Source: Chrysomallon squamiferum
Taxonomy: Eukaryota; Animalia; Mollusca
Assembly: GCA_012295275.1 (NCBI GenBank)
Contig: CM022672.1
Coordinates: 29,078,001-29,142,000, forward strand
Reading direction: 5' to 3'
DNA: 64,000 nt
Of the stretch, positions 41,531-57,352 are shown piece after piece. The notes below the pieces were generated by a model that had not been told where the DNA came from, searched no databases, and saw only the letters and a program-made list of their open reading frames with translations. Made by a program: the position numbers and the translations under genes. Position 1 is the stretch's first letter. Every line of letters begins with the position of its first letter.

Positions 41531-43839
41531 CTGAAATCAAAACAAGCGTCTCTTTCACGATTAAAAACCATTTATTTCAAAAATGATACATGTACGAAAT
41601 GCCTTGCAGCAAATGATGTTAATGAAAACAACATTACAGGATCAAACTGTGAAAATAAACTAATAGAATATCAAATAACACCATATACGTGGAATGCTGA
41701 AAATTTACAATAAATGTATTACAAAAACATAAGCGTTGCCAATACCCTTTTACCATTTTTCTTACTGCAGAGTAAACTAATTTCTTTCATAAAAAATCAC
41801 TTTAACCTGGCGTTGTTGTTTAATTTAAATGCATGATCATGTCAAAGCTGGCAACAAATGATATACTGTGTGTACAGTGCGTACACAATCATTCACAATA
41901 ATCATGAAAAAGTAAAATAAATAAACAATGACATTAAATGGCAGATGACTGGGCGGAAGATAATAATAAAAAAAAATTCAGTGCCTTTTTTTTTTTCAGA
42001 TTTTTTTTACTTTTATTTTACTGCCATGAAATGCAAATGGTATAACCTTATTATGTGGAATCTGGTCCAGAACGTCCCCAGTGTCGTGTAATATCAGTTC
42101 ATATCAAATTGTGCCAGATTTAGACTCTAACTGGGCACAAAAACGACAAAAATATTAACAAGAGCAGAAAAAAGAAAAAGACACACACACAACAACAACA
42201 ACAACAAAAAATGACAACCAAACAGTAAATTCAGTGAGTAGTTATTAATATAAAAATAAGATTTCATGAGTCTGAAGAAAAAAAAAATTCTATTTATTTC
42301 TAAATGACCTCGCCGTGTTATCTGCAGACGATAATGAGATTTTAAGAATTAGTAACGCTAAAAGAACGGTACTTTCACCTTTTCAACCATTAATGCGAGC
42401 TAGTTAGTCATGCCGATCTAAATGCTCTACGAGGAACTGTCAAAATAATTGTCGCTTGTGATCATGAAAACAAATTCATACAAAACCTTCATTCGTAAGG
42501 CCACACAAAGTATTAATGACAGGTTAGAACTGGACATTAATTAGACTGAAGAAAATATGGCCGAAAACAAAGGTGTTGAGATACTGTTTCAAAGATTAAC
42601 ATGAGTGCGAAACGGAAGTGGGCTCAGGTGACCGGCCTTGGATGAAAGGAAGTGACTTAATGTTGATAAACCTGCTTGTTTGTAGACGCGGTATAAATTG
42701 GTATGTGGCTATTATTTATTAAGAAGGAATCACTGATAAGGAGATGATTAAAAATGTCCGCTGATTTATCTCTGTACCTGCCAATTATTCACGTCTGGTG
42801 ACGTCCGAAATGCAACTTATGTCTGGATGTTGAATACTTTTTTTTAGCTAGATTAAAAAGACGAACGAATGGATAGACAGACAGGGATCATTCCGAGATA
42901 TGACCGACTGAATTTTGACCAATAGAGGCGTGGCCGACGAAATTCAGACTACCACAGCTAGCAGGCGACTGGCCAAAATTGCTGAAATGGGTGTTTCTTG
43001 AAAGATAATTTCACAAGGACGTTAGACTAGTGAGAAATAATATAACTGTAATAATTTTAAACTGTGTAGAAATTATTGTTATTTTTGTTGCTTTTTTGGT
43101 AGGAAGAAAAGTAAATTTCATAACTCGCAATAAAAGTTTTGTTTCATTCTTTCATTATTTTTACTTTTTTTCTTTCTTCATTTTCATAACGGATTACGTC
43201 ACGAATACAGACAGCTGAAGAGGGACACAAGTTTGCCGGGCGTGAGAAAAACAAGTGTGATATTCATTTTGACAAATATCGTCAATCAAAACGAAAACAC
43301 AGCCCGACAATAAAGTCCCACTGAAACGTTAATTATATACATCGTCGTTTATTATTATTTTTTTAAATCTCTGATTTATTTAGCACGAACGCGAAGAGGA
43401 AATCAACGAGAAATTTCAAATGATTGTTTTGCAGAACGTACACGTTGAGACTCTCTCATTGTGGCTGTGCATGACTAAAATACGTTTTATTAAAACGAAT
43501 TGCTTTCGTTTTTCTTTCAAGGTGCTTTGGTGCGTAATCTGAAATGATAAAAGACATGAACGGTAGATGATTTTGACAACGCAGCCAAGTAATTGGTTTC
43601 TGGCACCATTGTGAAATATCATTGTTTTGAATAACAGAAATCGTTTAACCTAATGACGATTATGAACGAATCTGGTAGAGAAAATACAGATGTAGAAGTG
43701 ACATAAATCGTGTTTATGACTGTTATTATTACTGTACTTGTCACAGCCATTAACTGCTTGTGCATGACACACACATATATAATGGTACACGTTTATTAAA
43801 TAATATTTTTTCTGAGTGCCTGCCTCTCTGTCTGTCTGT

Positions 43840-43934
<95 letters not shown>

Positions 43935-44463
43935 ATGTTGTGTATTGTTTTTTTGGCATTGATGTGGCGATCTGTCCGAATTTGTAATGGTCATTTGTAT
44001 TTATTGTATATATTCTCTTTCAGTATATAAGCAAGCTTGTCTGCACGTACTTGAATATTTTGTAGAATTTATCTGTGTGTCTGTCGTTCGTTTTTTCTTC
44101 CGTTTTTCTTTTGTTTTTCTCTTCTGTTGCTTCTTCTTCTCTCTCTCCAGTCTCGCTCTCTCGCGCAGTTTACATGACGACCGAGACCAGTTTCTAACAA
44201 CACAAATAAGTGGTTTCTGAAATACCATTGTTGTCAATATCAGAAATCTTTTAATCCAGTGACGTTTTTTTTCTGAAAAAACACAGTTAAGAAGTGACTG
44301 GTCTTGTATAATGTTGTTGTTGTTGCTGTGGCTGACGTGGTCATTAACTGTTTGACACGTTTGTCTGTCTATTACGGTTATTGTTACGTTTATTATATTG
44401 TATTTTTATTTTATTAATAATAATTATAAATACACACACATTTATTTACCTACATGCATGCGT

Positions 44464-44557
<94 letters not shown>

Positions 44558-44886
44558 AACAAACAAACAATCTAAACTTATATATTTTTAATAGTACTTG
44601 TCCTATCTGTTATATATGTACAGGGATAAACATTTTACATTTCTCCTGCTGAGTAAGCTAGGCCCAAAAAACATTCACAATTTCATCAAAAGAACGTACC
44701 ATTTACGATTAATAATTTTGATTTAATGTTTGATTTAATGCAATTCATTTACAGTTCAACGTCTTTCAAACATTTGTATCATACGTACTCAAATTATCAC
44801 ACATTCAGCAACAACAGCAACTGCAATAAAACATTTCTTTCTTCTATTTTTTTTTTTTTTTTTTAATCCCTTTTTCGATCATTTCT

Positions 44887-44929
<43 letters not shown>

Positions 44930-45269
44930 CAGACAAATGTACCAGTACTGTTTTGCTGTTTGCGGTATATACTATCATGAACGTGTCTTTTTGCTTGCGA
45001 CATTTTATGGTAAAAAGTTAAAAATTCATGTCTGTCAAACTGGGAGTCATTTATGGTAAATGAGATTCCTAATAAATTATAGAGGATAAAGAGAAAGTTA
45101 TTATTATTATCATTATAATCATCATCATTAATGCTGTTATCATCACCGTCATCTTCATCATCATTGTTATTACTATAATAATTATTATTATTGGTAATAG
45201 TTGTAGTAGTAGCAGCAGCAGTAGTAGTAATAATGGTAGTTTAATTATTTGTTTTATTTTTTGGTATTA

Positions 45270-45380
45270 TTTTCAAATGTATTTATTTTGTAATTTATGT
45301 CAAAACATATTTTTTTCCAATTTTCAAATGTATTTATTTTGTAATTTATGTCAAAACATTTTTTTTTTCCAATTTTCAAA
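45270..45380. repeat. ~51-bp tandem duplication
   Basis: ttttcaaatgtatttattttgtaatttatgtcaaaacat(a/t)ttttttccaa occurs twice. Confidence 0.85.
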
Positions 45381-45666
45381 TAATATCATATTAAATAAAT
45401 AAATAAATTCTTAAACGTCTATAACTTTGTTTTTTAAAACCATCATTTTGAGAAATAAATATAAAATTGACAGTTCACCCTCATTAACAAAATACCCATA
45501 GTTTATTTGTATCACATTTAAAAAATATTCTTCGACAAGCGTATTTTCACGAAAAGTGTCATTAAGAACAGTGTTTTATCCAATCGTCGACAATAACAGG
45601 ATTTTACCAAAATAAATACCGAATTATATGTATTCTATACTAAGATATAGTTCCTTTTATTATAGT

Positions 45667-45741
<75 letters not shown>

Positions 45742-46153
45742 TAACAATAATAATAACAAGAACATGACTTAAATATACAGAGAATAATTAATATATAAAT
45801 AAATTAATAAATAATTAAAATAATAAATAATTAAAATAATAACAATAACAACAACAATAAATGTTATGCAGAGATTCACAAAACAGGTCTCCATAACTAA
45901 ATAAATTTACAAAACCAAATAATACAATAATATAAATAAATAATTTGTTTCACACATTTACAAGATTTCAAAATGTCTAAAAGTAACGGTAACAACAACA
46001 ATAACTGGATAGCCATATATTTCAATGTTTCTACACACAAACACTATTTATTTACAAAATATTAACTTTTAATTGGACGTAATTTTTTGTTTTCTAATAA
46101 ATGTACTTAGTTTTGCTGTTTAGAGTTGTCTTCCCTTCTTTCGAACTCTCTAA

Positions 46154-46186
46154 CTTCCTTTTCAGGGCTTGCTCGCCCATAGGGAG
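46154..46186 (+). promoter_or_regulatory. RPL26: RPL26 polypyrimidine (TCT/5'TOP-type) start site and non-coding exon 1
   Basis: CTTCCTTTTC tract followed by a short exon ending GAG|GTTCGT. Matching acceptor ttgtcatcag at 47233 lies 14 nt before the ATG. Typical ribosomal-protein gene layout. Confidence 0.65.
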
Positions 46187-46549
46187 GTTCGTTTCGTTTT
46201 TATAAACGTTATTACATCGTGTAACATCGTTACTTATGCAGATTGTATTAATGGTTTATCTATGAAATTTTGTTAACTAAAGGAATTTTGTGATACTGTC
46301 TGTCCATATTTTTTTATCCTGTCGTCGCCAGTAACAGGATTTTTCCCAAAATGAAGACGATATATTATCACAAAACCTTACAACGTAAATTCAGCGTGCT
46401 CGTAGGGTGCTTGACATGTCAGAATTTAAAACCTGTTTAAATTAACATCTGAACGTAGGGTTGCCTGACATTTGCGTTATTAAAAGTGATAACAGAAACG
46501 TGATACAGTCCAAGAAAATCGAAATCGATGTCTTCATTTTTTAGTTTTC

Positions 46550-46581
<32 letters not shown>

Positions 46582-47247
46582 TTGATAATCAATAAAGAAA
46601 TTATAACTGTTACTAGTATTAGTAACTTAATCTGTGATAGACGTTATTTCATAGTTGCTATTTCAGTAATCGCTATCATAACTGAAATGAGTTTGTAATT
46701 ACTAAATTAGAAAATAGAAATAACACTGTCAGTCGATTCAGTGTGTGTGCATTTTGCCGATTTTTAAACTTGAAATTTAGTTATTTTAGTAACATGACAA
46801 TCTGCTGTGTTTATAATGTACGAATCAATATTTCATATTAATAATAGAAAATATATAACTTTATTCTGCCTCTGAACAGACTGATAAAAACAGCAGACCT
46901 CAAGATAAATATAATTCTAAATAAGGACATGACACACAACTGTATAAATATGGTTGTATAATTTTCATGTAAAATATCGTTTCATTATAAGCTTCATACA
47001 ATTATAACAAAAATTGATGAAATATTTTTCTTTTTAATTTTAACTATTAAATTTAAAAAAATATTTTAGTCAAAAAATACAACTGCAATAATAAAAGTAA
47101 TACTCTAGATATCTAACTTGATAAATAAAATTAATAAAAGTATGTGAAAATGTGTAAACACGTTTGAAGTTTGGAAAAATGTTCTTTCATACATTCCACC
47201 TGTAGTTAATAAATACTAACTTTTTGTCATCAGGTATTTAACTGATC

Positions 47248-47415
47248 ATGAAGTTCAACAAGATGGTGTCAGGTTCTCGGAGGAAGAACCGAAAGAGACA
47301 TTTCAATGCACCGTCTCACATCCGCAGAAAGATCATGGGGACGCCCCTATCTAAAGAACTGAGACAGAAGTACAACGTACGAAGTATGCCCATCAGGAAA
47401 GATGACGAAGTTCAG
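47248..47415 (+). CDS. RPL26: 60S ribosomal protein L26 (uL24), coding exon 1
   Basis: [30 protein letters not shown]...RKDDEVQ. Donor CAG|GTACGT; 168 nt. Confidence 0.98.
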
Positions 47416-48325
47416 GTACGTCTTTCTAATATTGCCTCTAATTTATTAAGATAAACACAGAAGGATAACTGTTGTTAAACATTTCTTTTAATTAAGTAAT
47501 CTGCAGTTTTATATTTTTTTCAACTTTGTAAATGAAAATATTCAGGGTTATGCTTTCATGATTCCAACTACTGCACCCAGTTAAAGAATATGCGACAGTT
47601 ATTAAATCATGTTTAATAGCTGATATGCACCCATGTTTGGCCTCTCCATTGACATTAGAAGTGAAACAGATTTTACCTTTTCTTGAAAATACTAGTTTCC
47701 CATTGATACATTTTATGATGTGAACCCACTGTTAAGTTGTTTGAACATTTTTGGCTCAAAATATATGATCAGTATATTCCTACTTTATTATTTGTAATCA
47801 TTAAATGCATTTTAACTCAAGTTAGTACGCTATCATTGTTTACTATCTGTGACTGAGTATTTGAAAATTTCTTTTATTAATGAATATATCTCTGTCTTAT
47901 GTAGAAGTGAAACTTTGTAATTTAAATCACTGACATGTTTTTAAAATTATTCACTATTACTTACTCAACATTTTTTACACAGACCATAATCAGCAGGTTT
48001 AATTATAAGAGTTTCTTTGTAATATAATTTTTTAATTATATATATTACACTGAATTCTTGACATTAATTATTCTTTATGCAGAAATAATTTTGATTTGTA
48101 TTATTTTTTGGATGGGGGTTGTCCAATTGTATTCTATAGGGACTATTTTGTTTTAAAATTTTTGATATTTATGATTAGTAAACTGCAGAATGCTGTCAAA
48201 AACATTCCAAAAAAAATAAGGAAAAGAAAACTAATATTTTTAAATTGTAGCAATAACTGATGGTTCGTGACTGGATGCTGTACAAAATGTTTGCTTTTTC
48301 TAAAATGATTTATCTTTAATTGTAG

Positions 48326-49388
<1,063 letters not shown>

Positions 49389-50883
49389 TACATCATTTGC
49401 AATGAAAACTTGAATAATGATACAATAAACAAAAAAGAAGTGATGTAAATAATGTAGGTTCATTCCAGACTCCGTATTTTCACAACTTAATTCCATAAAT
49501 ATACTGTAGTGTATCTACAAAGAATAATATGTATTATAAATGGTTTACTGTACAATGGAAACAATAAAAATAACTATACAGTAAAAAAAAACAGAATTGT
49601 TGACATGGTGTTTAAACGTTGCTCACATTCTGCTTTTTATCTGTCTGAAATTGTATAACTAAAGAATTTACAATTAAAAAAAAATATATAATAATTGCTC
49701 ACTGTTCCCGCATAATGAAGTTGTCTGTCTGTCTGGTATACACTACAAGTTCATCAAGGGAAGAAAATTCTGTTTGGTGGTCAAAGGATTTCTTCATATA
49801 GACTTGTACTTCTTAGTGGCCAAATTACATCTTGTCACTTTTCCTTAAGAGAATAAATAAAAACAAAATTTATTTTTTATGCTAGTAATTATGTTGTGAT
49901 TGTTTAAATTGAAACTGTTACATGATAGTGTGAACAAAACACCTGAACAGCTTAGTTAAGTTTTTTCTTAGACTAAGATCTTTGCTAATGTCAAAATAAC
50001 AATTAAGAGAACTTTTATGGTGCTTATATTTTTTTTTCTCTATTGTATACTCTTGAGATTTGAGCAAATTTGAAAAAACTAAATTACAAAAATGTGCATT
50101 ATACTGGAAACTGTATTGAGAAGGTTTTTTTTTTTTTTTTTTTTTATAAATGATCATTAACCCTCAAGTTCATCTGAATATCAGGTAGTAAATATTCTGT
50201 TTACTTACACAAAGGGAGACAACTGGTTCTGGAGAGCTGTTGAAATGTAGTCTATTAATGTTTACCAACAAAACAGCTTCTAAACAGAGGAAATGGTTCT
50301 AGATTAACCTTTAGACTACTTGATTAATTTTAGAGAAAAATTTGTGATTTATAATATTTACTCAACAGTAGGTCTCCATTGAAAGTTTATAAAAACATTT
50401 AATAATGTTCGTTGTATGGAAAATAAATACTATTTTCATATTTATTTCATTTTTTCCCCCAATATTTAACCAGAGAGTTTAGCTAGCTAATTTTCACTGA
50501 AAATACAAATTTTAGTACTGATCCGAAAACTATTTTCAGGTGATGTATTATTTGTGGCTTGTGACATGTACAAACTGGTATGCATTTGAAGAGGCAATGT
50601 GTTGACACAATGTTAAACAAGTTCTGTCATCTTCAGTTGAAAAATAATGTAAACTGTTAATAACATTTGCTGTTGTGATTGATGGAAAGGGTTTTTATTG
50701 TTTTATAATGTACAAAAACTAAAAGATTTTTTTAACATGAAAAATTGAGTTAACTTTGATGCTGGAGGACTGTCTATACATAGATTATAAACTTTAAAGC
50801 TTCCTATCGTTTTAAGTATTTGGATATTTGTCTTCTTTGATAACGAGAACATACATTTATGCCCTGTTTTTAATTTTTTGCAG

Positions 50884-51012
50884 GTTGTTCTGGTGAAGTT
50901 GAAGATGGACAAGGACAGAAAGAGGATACTGGAGAGGAAGGCTCGGTCCAGACAGAAGTCAATGGCAGACAAGGGAAAACACACAGAGGAATCAATCATG
51001 GAAACTTCGTAA
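50884..51012 (+). CDS. RPL26: 60S ribosomal protein L26, coding exon 3
   Basis: Acceptor ttttttgcag; VVLVKLKMDKDRKRILERKARSRQKSMADKGKHTEESIMETS*; total protein 145 aa. Confidence 0.98.
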   Translation, partial: VVLVKLKMDKDRKRILERKARSRQKSMADKGKHTEESIMETS

Positions 51013-51032
51013 ATGTTAAATTGTATAATGCC

Positions 51033-51038
51033 ATTAAA
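51033..51038 (+). terminator. RPL26: RPL26 polyadenylation signal (ATTAAA)
   Basis: ATTAAA about 20 nt after the stop, followed by a GT/T-rich downstream element (cttgttttgtgttttt). Confidence 0.6.
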
Positions 51039-52636
51039 AAAAAAAAACAACTGTTACACACGTCTTGTTTTGTGTTTTTATTCTTTAAATTGTAAGTATC
51101 TTGTTCTTACTGCTCTTTTATGTCACTGACCAGAAAGTGGTAGGTAGAAAACAGATATGTTCGTTAGAGTTGGATTTTCATTCCTGTGTGTAAAAATGTT
51201 GAAGAATATTTTCTGAGATAAAAAGGATCTGATTGAGAGGATAGTGGAATTTACTGAAAAAACAACATGATGTTCAGAATTTAACTCATTGGTGTACATC
51301 TGAAGTGCTCTGCATTATAAAATCAGTCCTTAAACACGTCTGTTTTCTGCCAGCTAACAACCATTTTATCATTTTTGTTATGTTTTCCAACCTGGTGAGA
51401 CATGCATATAAAGTATATTTTTTCAATTGAGTCGCATCACATTTTACACAGCATATAGTTTGATGGAACGTTTTATTAGTTGTACATGAAATATATTATT
51501 GAAATTTAACCCTTTGACTTTCTAAAACAATTTTTACTGTGGACCTATTTTCAAGCCAAAACCATTCTTATGAAAGCAGTTCATATCCTATATGTACCGG
51601 TTAAACCAAACAACACCTCTGCAAATGCAATTTAATTTCACATCTGACGAAATAAAAATATAACAAAGTGTGATTAATTTAAACTTTATTTCAAACTGGT
51701 CAGCATGTATGTGTACAGAAAATTAGTGTCATATGATAGATTTCAAAATTTCTAGCTTGTTTTAAAATATTTATAATTCCAATTTCTCTTTTTATTAAAT
51801 GGTTTTAATTTTTTGATTATTATTTATGATTATTATTATTTTTTTTTGTTATGTTTATTTCTCTCCAAAATTAAAAAGTAGCCATTAAATACAAAAATAA
51901 GTTTACCTGTATTAAATACTGGTACCATATTGTAAAATGTGCTTTCAATATCTTTAGTTTCAATATTGGATATTCATAATGTATAAACTATTACAGCTGT
52001 CATTTTAGTTAACAATTTGTATACATTTGTACCTAAAAATGTGCTGGAAAGCTAACAATTACATTTGAGAAATGCTTATTTTTTTACCTTTTTTTGTAAT
52101 TGAAGTATTGAAAGCATAGCTCCCAGCCTAAAGCTTGACTACCACAAAAATTCACAATAATTTATATATACTTTCTAACAGTAATCTCTAGCACTGGGTG
52201 CAGATTTAAAGGGATAGTTAAAATGAAAACTGAACACTTCCTAGGACTGTAGGTTCATCCGGTATGTGCACTGAAAACAAAGTTTATTTACACTGTTGAG
52301 TAGGTCTATTTCTTCATGTATTAAAAAGAAATAATTTTAAATCACTTCTAAATGGAATTACATGTGTTATTTTTCCCATGAAATACAGAGATTTGATTCT
52401 AAGTATCACAAAGTCCTCTAAATGATCAGAAAACATTTTGATGAATACTGAGAGAGATTATAATACTTGTTATTTGGAAGCTTTTGAGTATTTATCTCTT
52501 TTTATTGGTAATATATTTTACAAATGTTAAAATAATTATATTAATATAAACTTGAAAGGTTATTTAAATATATTTTAAGACTTTTTCACAATCAGTAGTA
52601 ATGAATTGAAAGAAAGAAAATGAACAAAAACAAAAC

Positions 52637-52642
52637 TTTATT
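52637..52642 (-). terminator. candidate polyadenylation signal for the VPS10-like gene (about 4.2 kb 3' UTR)
   Basis: AATAAA on the - strand followed by a T/GT-rich tract. Another candidate at 51685-51690. The hexamer is common in AT-rich DNA, so this is weak. Confidence 0.3.
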
Positions 52643-55600
52643 GAAAGTCCCATAGTGCCTTGAACAATTAGTTTTATCATTATTCATTTTTGAGCTTATT
52701 TCTACATATTAAAATACTTTTTATTTAAACCTTAAAAAGAAAGAAGAAAAATTAACATTGAATTATACATAAAGTAGTAAGAGAAATAAAAAAACACACA
52801 GACTGATTTTAGTCCTTGTTTTAACAATTTTCAACGTAATTTTAATAACACATACTTTATTATTAGCCAACAATAATAACCTAATAAAGAAATAACTTTG
52901 AAAAACACAAAACAACTTAAAAATACAAATGCAAATTTCTGTTGGAAGAAAATACATTTGGTCACACCACCACATGTAATTTTGATAAACTAAGAAATGT
53001 TTTTATACTACAAAATATTTCAAACTTTGTATAATTTGGTAACTGAAAAGTGTGCATATTGAATATAAAACAGTAGTTAACATTATGTACTTTGTTATAT
53101 ACACATTGTACAAAACATAAAAAATCAACAAAATCAAGAAAAGATTACAAAGTAAATGAAGGCAGTATTGTACAGTTTCTCGGATAACCAAACAGAATTG
53201 ATGAACTCATCTCAGTTCCTTCAAAAAATATTTTTCAAAAATGTTAATTCTTAAATGTGTAATGCTGAATATTCATAACCTTATAAAATGCTCTTTAAAC
53301 AACAGTGGCTGTAAACTTTAATTGGTCTTATCCTAGAATGTAAACTGTAGACAGAAGCCTGAATCTGCCTGTTAAATTTATGCAGCCCACAGACAGAATT
53401 AGTAAATGAAATAAACAATACAGGAGTTGCAGTCTAGTACATTATTACTACTTATTGTATTATCTATAGATAAATGTAGTCTGCTGTTCCATTGTAGACA
53501 AGCCTTTGGTGAGTACAGGAAGTTTCTCAATGTTTCTAGAAAATCTTTATTACAATCTTACCACAAGAAAAGAAAAATAAACAGAAGAAAAAAGAGGAGG
53601 ATTATTTTCCACTATGAAGGAGTTAGGTAATAAAAAGAACTTAGGAATTAAATTTAGTTTGATCTTTTAGGTATCTAAAATAACAGATCTTTGGTTCCCA
53701 TATAATTAAATTTATGAGATTCAAAAATTAGATAACTTTGTCAAATTTTAATCATTTCTAGTTATTTATAAAGCCTAATGTGATATTTATCTTAAAGTTA
53801 CATCATTACGTTCATGTTATCTGAGTTTTCTAATATTCAAAAATATTTAGAATTCTTTTTAGTTATTAAAAGTTTGAATTAATCAAACAGAAAAATGGTC
53901 GAATATGTAAATACAACAAATAAATAAAACCACCTTCACAAAATTCCTCACGGTGTATCAAATCTATTAAATCTCTAATCATACATCAAAAATTTATATT
54001 TAAATTTCAAGAAATACAAAACTACAAACTACTAGTCCATAAATTAAAGGTATCATTAATAATATTATAATTATGCTTATTTACATGTTAAAACACTTAA
54101 AATACAGATATATCAGTTACACTGAGTTATATATATCTGGCAATTCACAGAAATGTACACTTGAAATCTTTTACCAGAAAGCAAAATAAATGGTAGAAAA
54201 ACTTCATGCCAAAGGTTTATTTTATTTCTTTTTTTTTTCCCCCACACAAAAAAAAAAAAAAAAAAAAAAAAAAAAGGTCTGGTATTTCTACCTAGGCTGA
54301 ACATGAAAAAGAAAAAAATACTCTACAAAACTTGGTCAAGTTGATCAGCTGTATTACCAGTACTGTGTTATCTGTTATCTCATCTTAAAATTGTTTGAGA
54401 ATTTCAATATTTTTCACAATCTTTGTTATGAACTTTAGTAAAATAATAAGGAAACTAGCCCGTGAAAAATTACCTGTAACCATTGCAATCATGAAGCAGC
54501 CCAAATGTACACATGAATCCCATAACTCAACAGATTAATTTTTAGAAATATAACTGACAAAATGAACTTTACATATTTTCACATGCAAACAAGAGTCCAA
54601 TATTATTTTATCAGTAACTGAAATTAATATACAACCCAGCAGTGAGGGCAACTTATGGTGAGGGTTATGGACAAAGAAAGAAAAAGTGGAGAATTAATAT
54701 ATGAAGGAGGAATGTGCTTTATTCAGAGATCTTAACAAGATCTCTTATCACAGAAATTGATAATGATTTTTTTTTTTTTAAATCCTCAAAACTCATATTA
54801 TGATATTTATTCAGCTGAAACTCATATTTTTTACTACAAAAATACATACACATATACTGAAAGTAAAATATTATGATAAATATAATAATTAAGTGCATCT
54901 ATATCATGTATTTGCTGTTAATGTATCAAAATTCTCTAATTACCAAATAACAAATTACTTTAAAATGTTCAGTTGCACCATTAGTTCAGTATATTTTTCT
55001 AGGTAGGCAGATTATTAAGTATGTGTATTGTTTGAGATTCCAATAATACCACAACTAGTACCAGTTTGTAAGGCAAAGAATGTTTGCCTAATGAAATAAT
55101 AAACTACATGTTAGTTTACTGCATAATAGTGAAGTACAGTACAGAGTATAGAAGTATACAGAAAAGTACCATATAATACAGTATAGTAAACCCAAGTAAG
55201 AAGGTTGCATGGTAAAGCAGACAAAGAATCTAACAAAATCACTGAACTGTCCACTAACTGATGTAACAAACATATTTACTGTTACAGCTGCCTAATCAAA
55301 CAAAAATATACAGGAACAGTGTTAAAAACAACACAGTAAATTTATATAAGTAGAAAGGTAGAACTGATAAACCAATGTTTATCAATACCATCTCACTTAC
55401 AAAGAAATATTAACATACTAACTGGAAAATCCTTTTAACTACAACATATAAATTAACATTTTAACTTGAACAGTAACAGAATCACTCTCTTAATCAAGGA
55501 GAAAGAGCTGTTAAAACAACAAATTGTAACATAATTCAATTTTCAACTTGAATATAACACTAAGTATTAAATTACAAAATTAAACATTAATTTTATTATC

Positions 55601-56823
55601 CAGTTATTTAAAAAAGAAAACAATACACTCCAGTTTACTATTATTAAACTAACAATAATAATATAATCTGAACAGTCGTACAATATGTACATACAGACAC
55701 ACACACACACACATATTACGAGAGAAAATATTTTATTCTCTTTTGTTCTTTTATTTTTGTCTCATATTTTATTTATTTATTCAATATTAATCATTTTACA
55801 GTTTGCAATATTAATTAAATTGTTAATACTTTTAGTGAGAGGCAAGGTCTAGTGGCTGAAAATACTGGTCATACATGTTTTAACAGAAAATAAAAACCAC
55901 ATATGTTTAAAAAAAAAAAGATAAAAAGAAGATAATTAACTGAAATGGAAAGCACTTCTGCAAATGTTATTTGTGTCAACTGTGCTTCATATTAATAGAA
56001 TATACAGGGTGCTGGACGAAAAATTATTTTGAAATGTTTTGTTAATTCTTTTAACATGTTTCGATGTTGTGCAGAGTGGAGGATAGTGAAAGACTTATTT
56101 ATTTATTTAACTGTGATGTTGCTAGTAGGTAGCGTAATACATTTTGTATATCTGTGTACATTTATCTTCATCACTGCATATAAGAAGCCATTGCTGTATG
56201 TGTCTGATGACAATATTATATCTTTTTTTGTTTTTCTTAATTTTCTAATTTACAAATAAAAGGAAAGATGACAAAGATACAACAAAGAAGGGAACTTGGC
56301 ATGCAGAATGACTAGAGTTGTTATTATTTTCATATATTATTGTTAATAAATTATGTCTAGAGATAAATTCAGTTTAAATGTGTACACAGATGATTTGTTG
56401 TTGTCAAACTTTATTATTAGCAAAGGAATATGTAAAATAAGTATACAAAATATATTTAGACTACATATTCACATCAACACTGCTACGCTTTGTTATTAAG
56501 TGAATGAAATAAAGTGGACATATAGAAAAATGGATACAAGTCATTTTCATGCACCTTCTTAGGTGCAGTATTCATATTTTAATTGTTGCTATACAAATAT
56601 ATATTCACACAATCACAGACACCCAAGAGGAAGCAGAAGGCTCTAGGATACCACCACCACACCTAGTAACAAAGATAATTTTGTGATATTCTGGAGAAGA
56701 TATCACAGACAGAAGACAATGCAAAAATCTCACACACTGTAAAACAGAAACAAAAATATGTCAGATAAGAACACACTCAACTTTCTCACATCATCACAAC
56801 CAAATTTAAATTTTGCTTTGCTC

Positions 56824-56882
56824 TCAGCAGTTGACAGATCCGTCATCCCTGATGCCTGTAGTTGTCACAACAAGCTGGCTTC
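56824..56882 (-). CDS. VPS10/SorCS-like receptor, terminal coding exon
   Basis: ttttgtttcag|GSQLVVTTTGIRDDGSVNC* (TGA); in frame with the preceding exon. Confidence 0.8.
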
Positions 56883-57188
56883 CTGAAACAAAAATTGATA
56901 CAACTAAAAACTGTTGTAAATACCAGCTGGCTTTACAAGTACTAACAAGAAAATAGTTATTTTAAAATTGAGAGATGTTCATTTGAATGATTTTTAACAG
57001 TTTTAATGAAAAAATAAAAATACACATTTTGTTATGTATATAAGGAACTATAAACAATTATTATTATTCACTGAAATAAATACAAATTTTATTAACTATA
57101 AAACTATAAAAAAGTCTTAACACCACAGGAGTAATATAGTAATATAAAATAGAAACTGTCTCAAATGTGGTGAATATTTGTCACTGAC

Positions 57189-57352
57189 CTTGTCCAAGAT
57201 CGAGGTGGTCGTCATCCGTGTCACGGTGGCCGCCAGATCCGAAGTCGGGGTTGAGGTCTAGAGGAGGTTCGTCATCATCATCATTGTCTAACAGATGGTC
57301 TGAGTCTTGACGTTGACGCAGAATGGAGTATCGGCGACATTCTCTAAATTTT
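57189..57352 (-). CDS. VPS10/SorCS-like receptor, cytoplasmic tail exon
   Basis: KFRECRRYSILRQRQDSDHLLDNDDDDEPPLDLNPDFGSGGHRDTDDDHLDLGQ. YSIL resembles sortilin YSVL; acidic dileucine motif. 164 nt, donor G|GTCAGT. Confidence 0.85.

Noticed and set aside
42309-42378. Signal-peptide-like stretch ESTVLLALLILKISLSSADNTA on the - strand
   Set aside because: No in-frame ATG (stop just upstream), and its donor phase is incompatible with exon 41530.
51033-51047. A-run after the RPL26 stop suggesting a processed pseudogene
   Set aside because: The gene has intact introns and an intact frame; the A-run overlaps the polyA signal.
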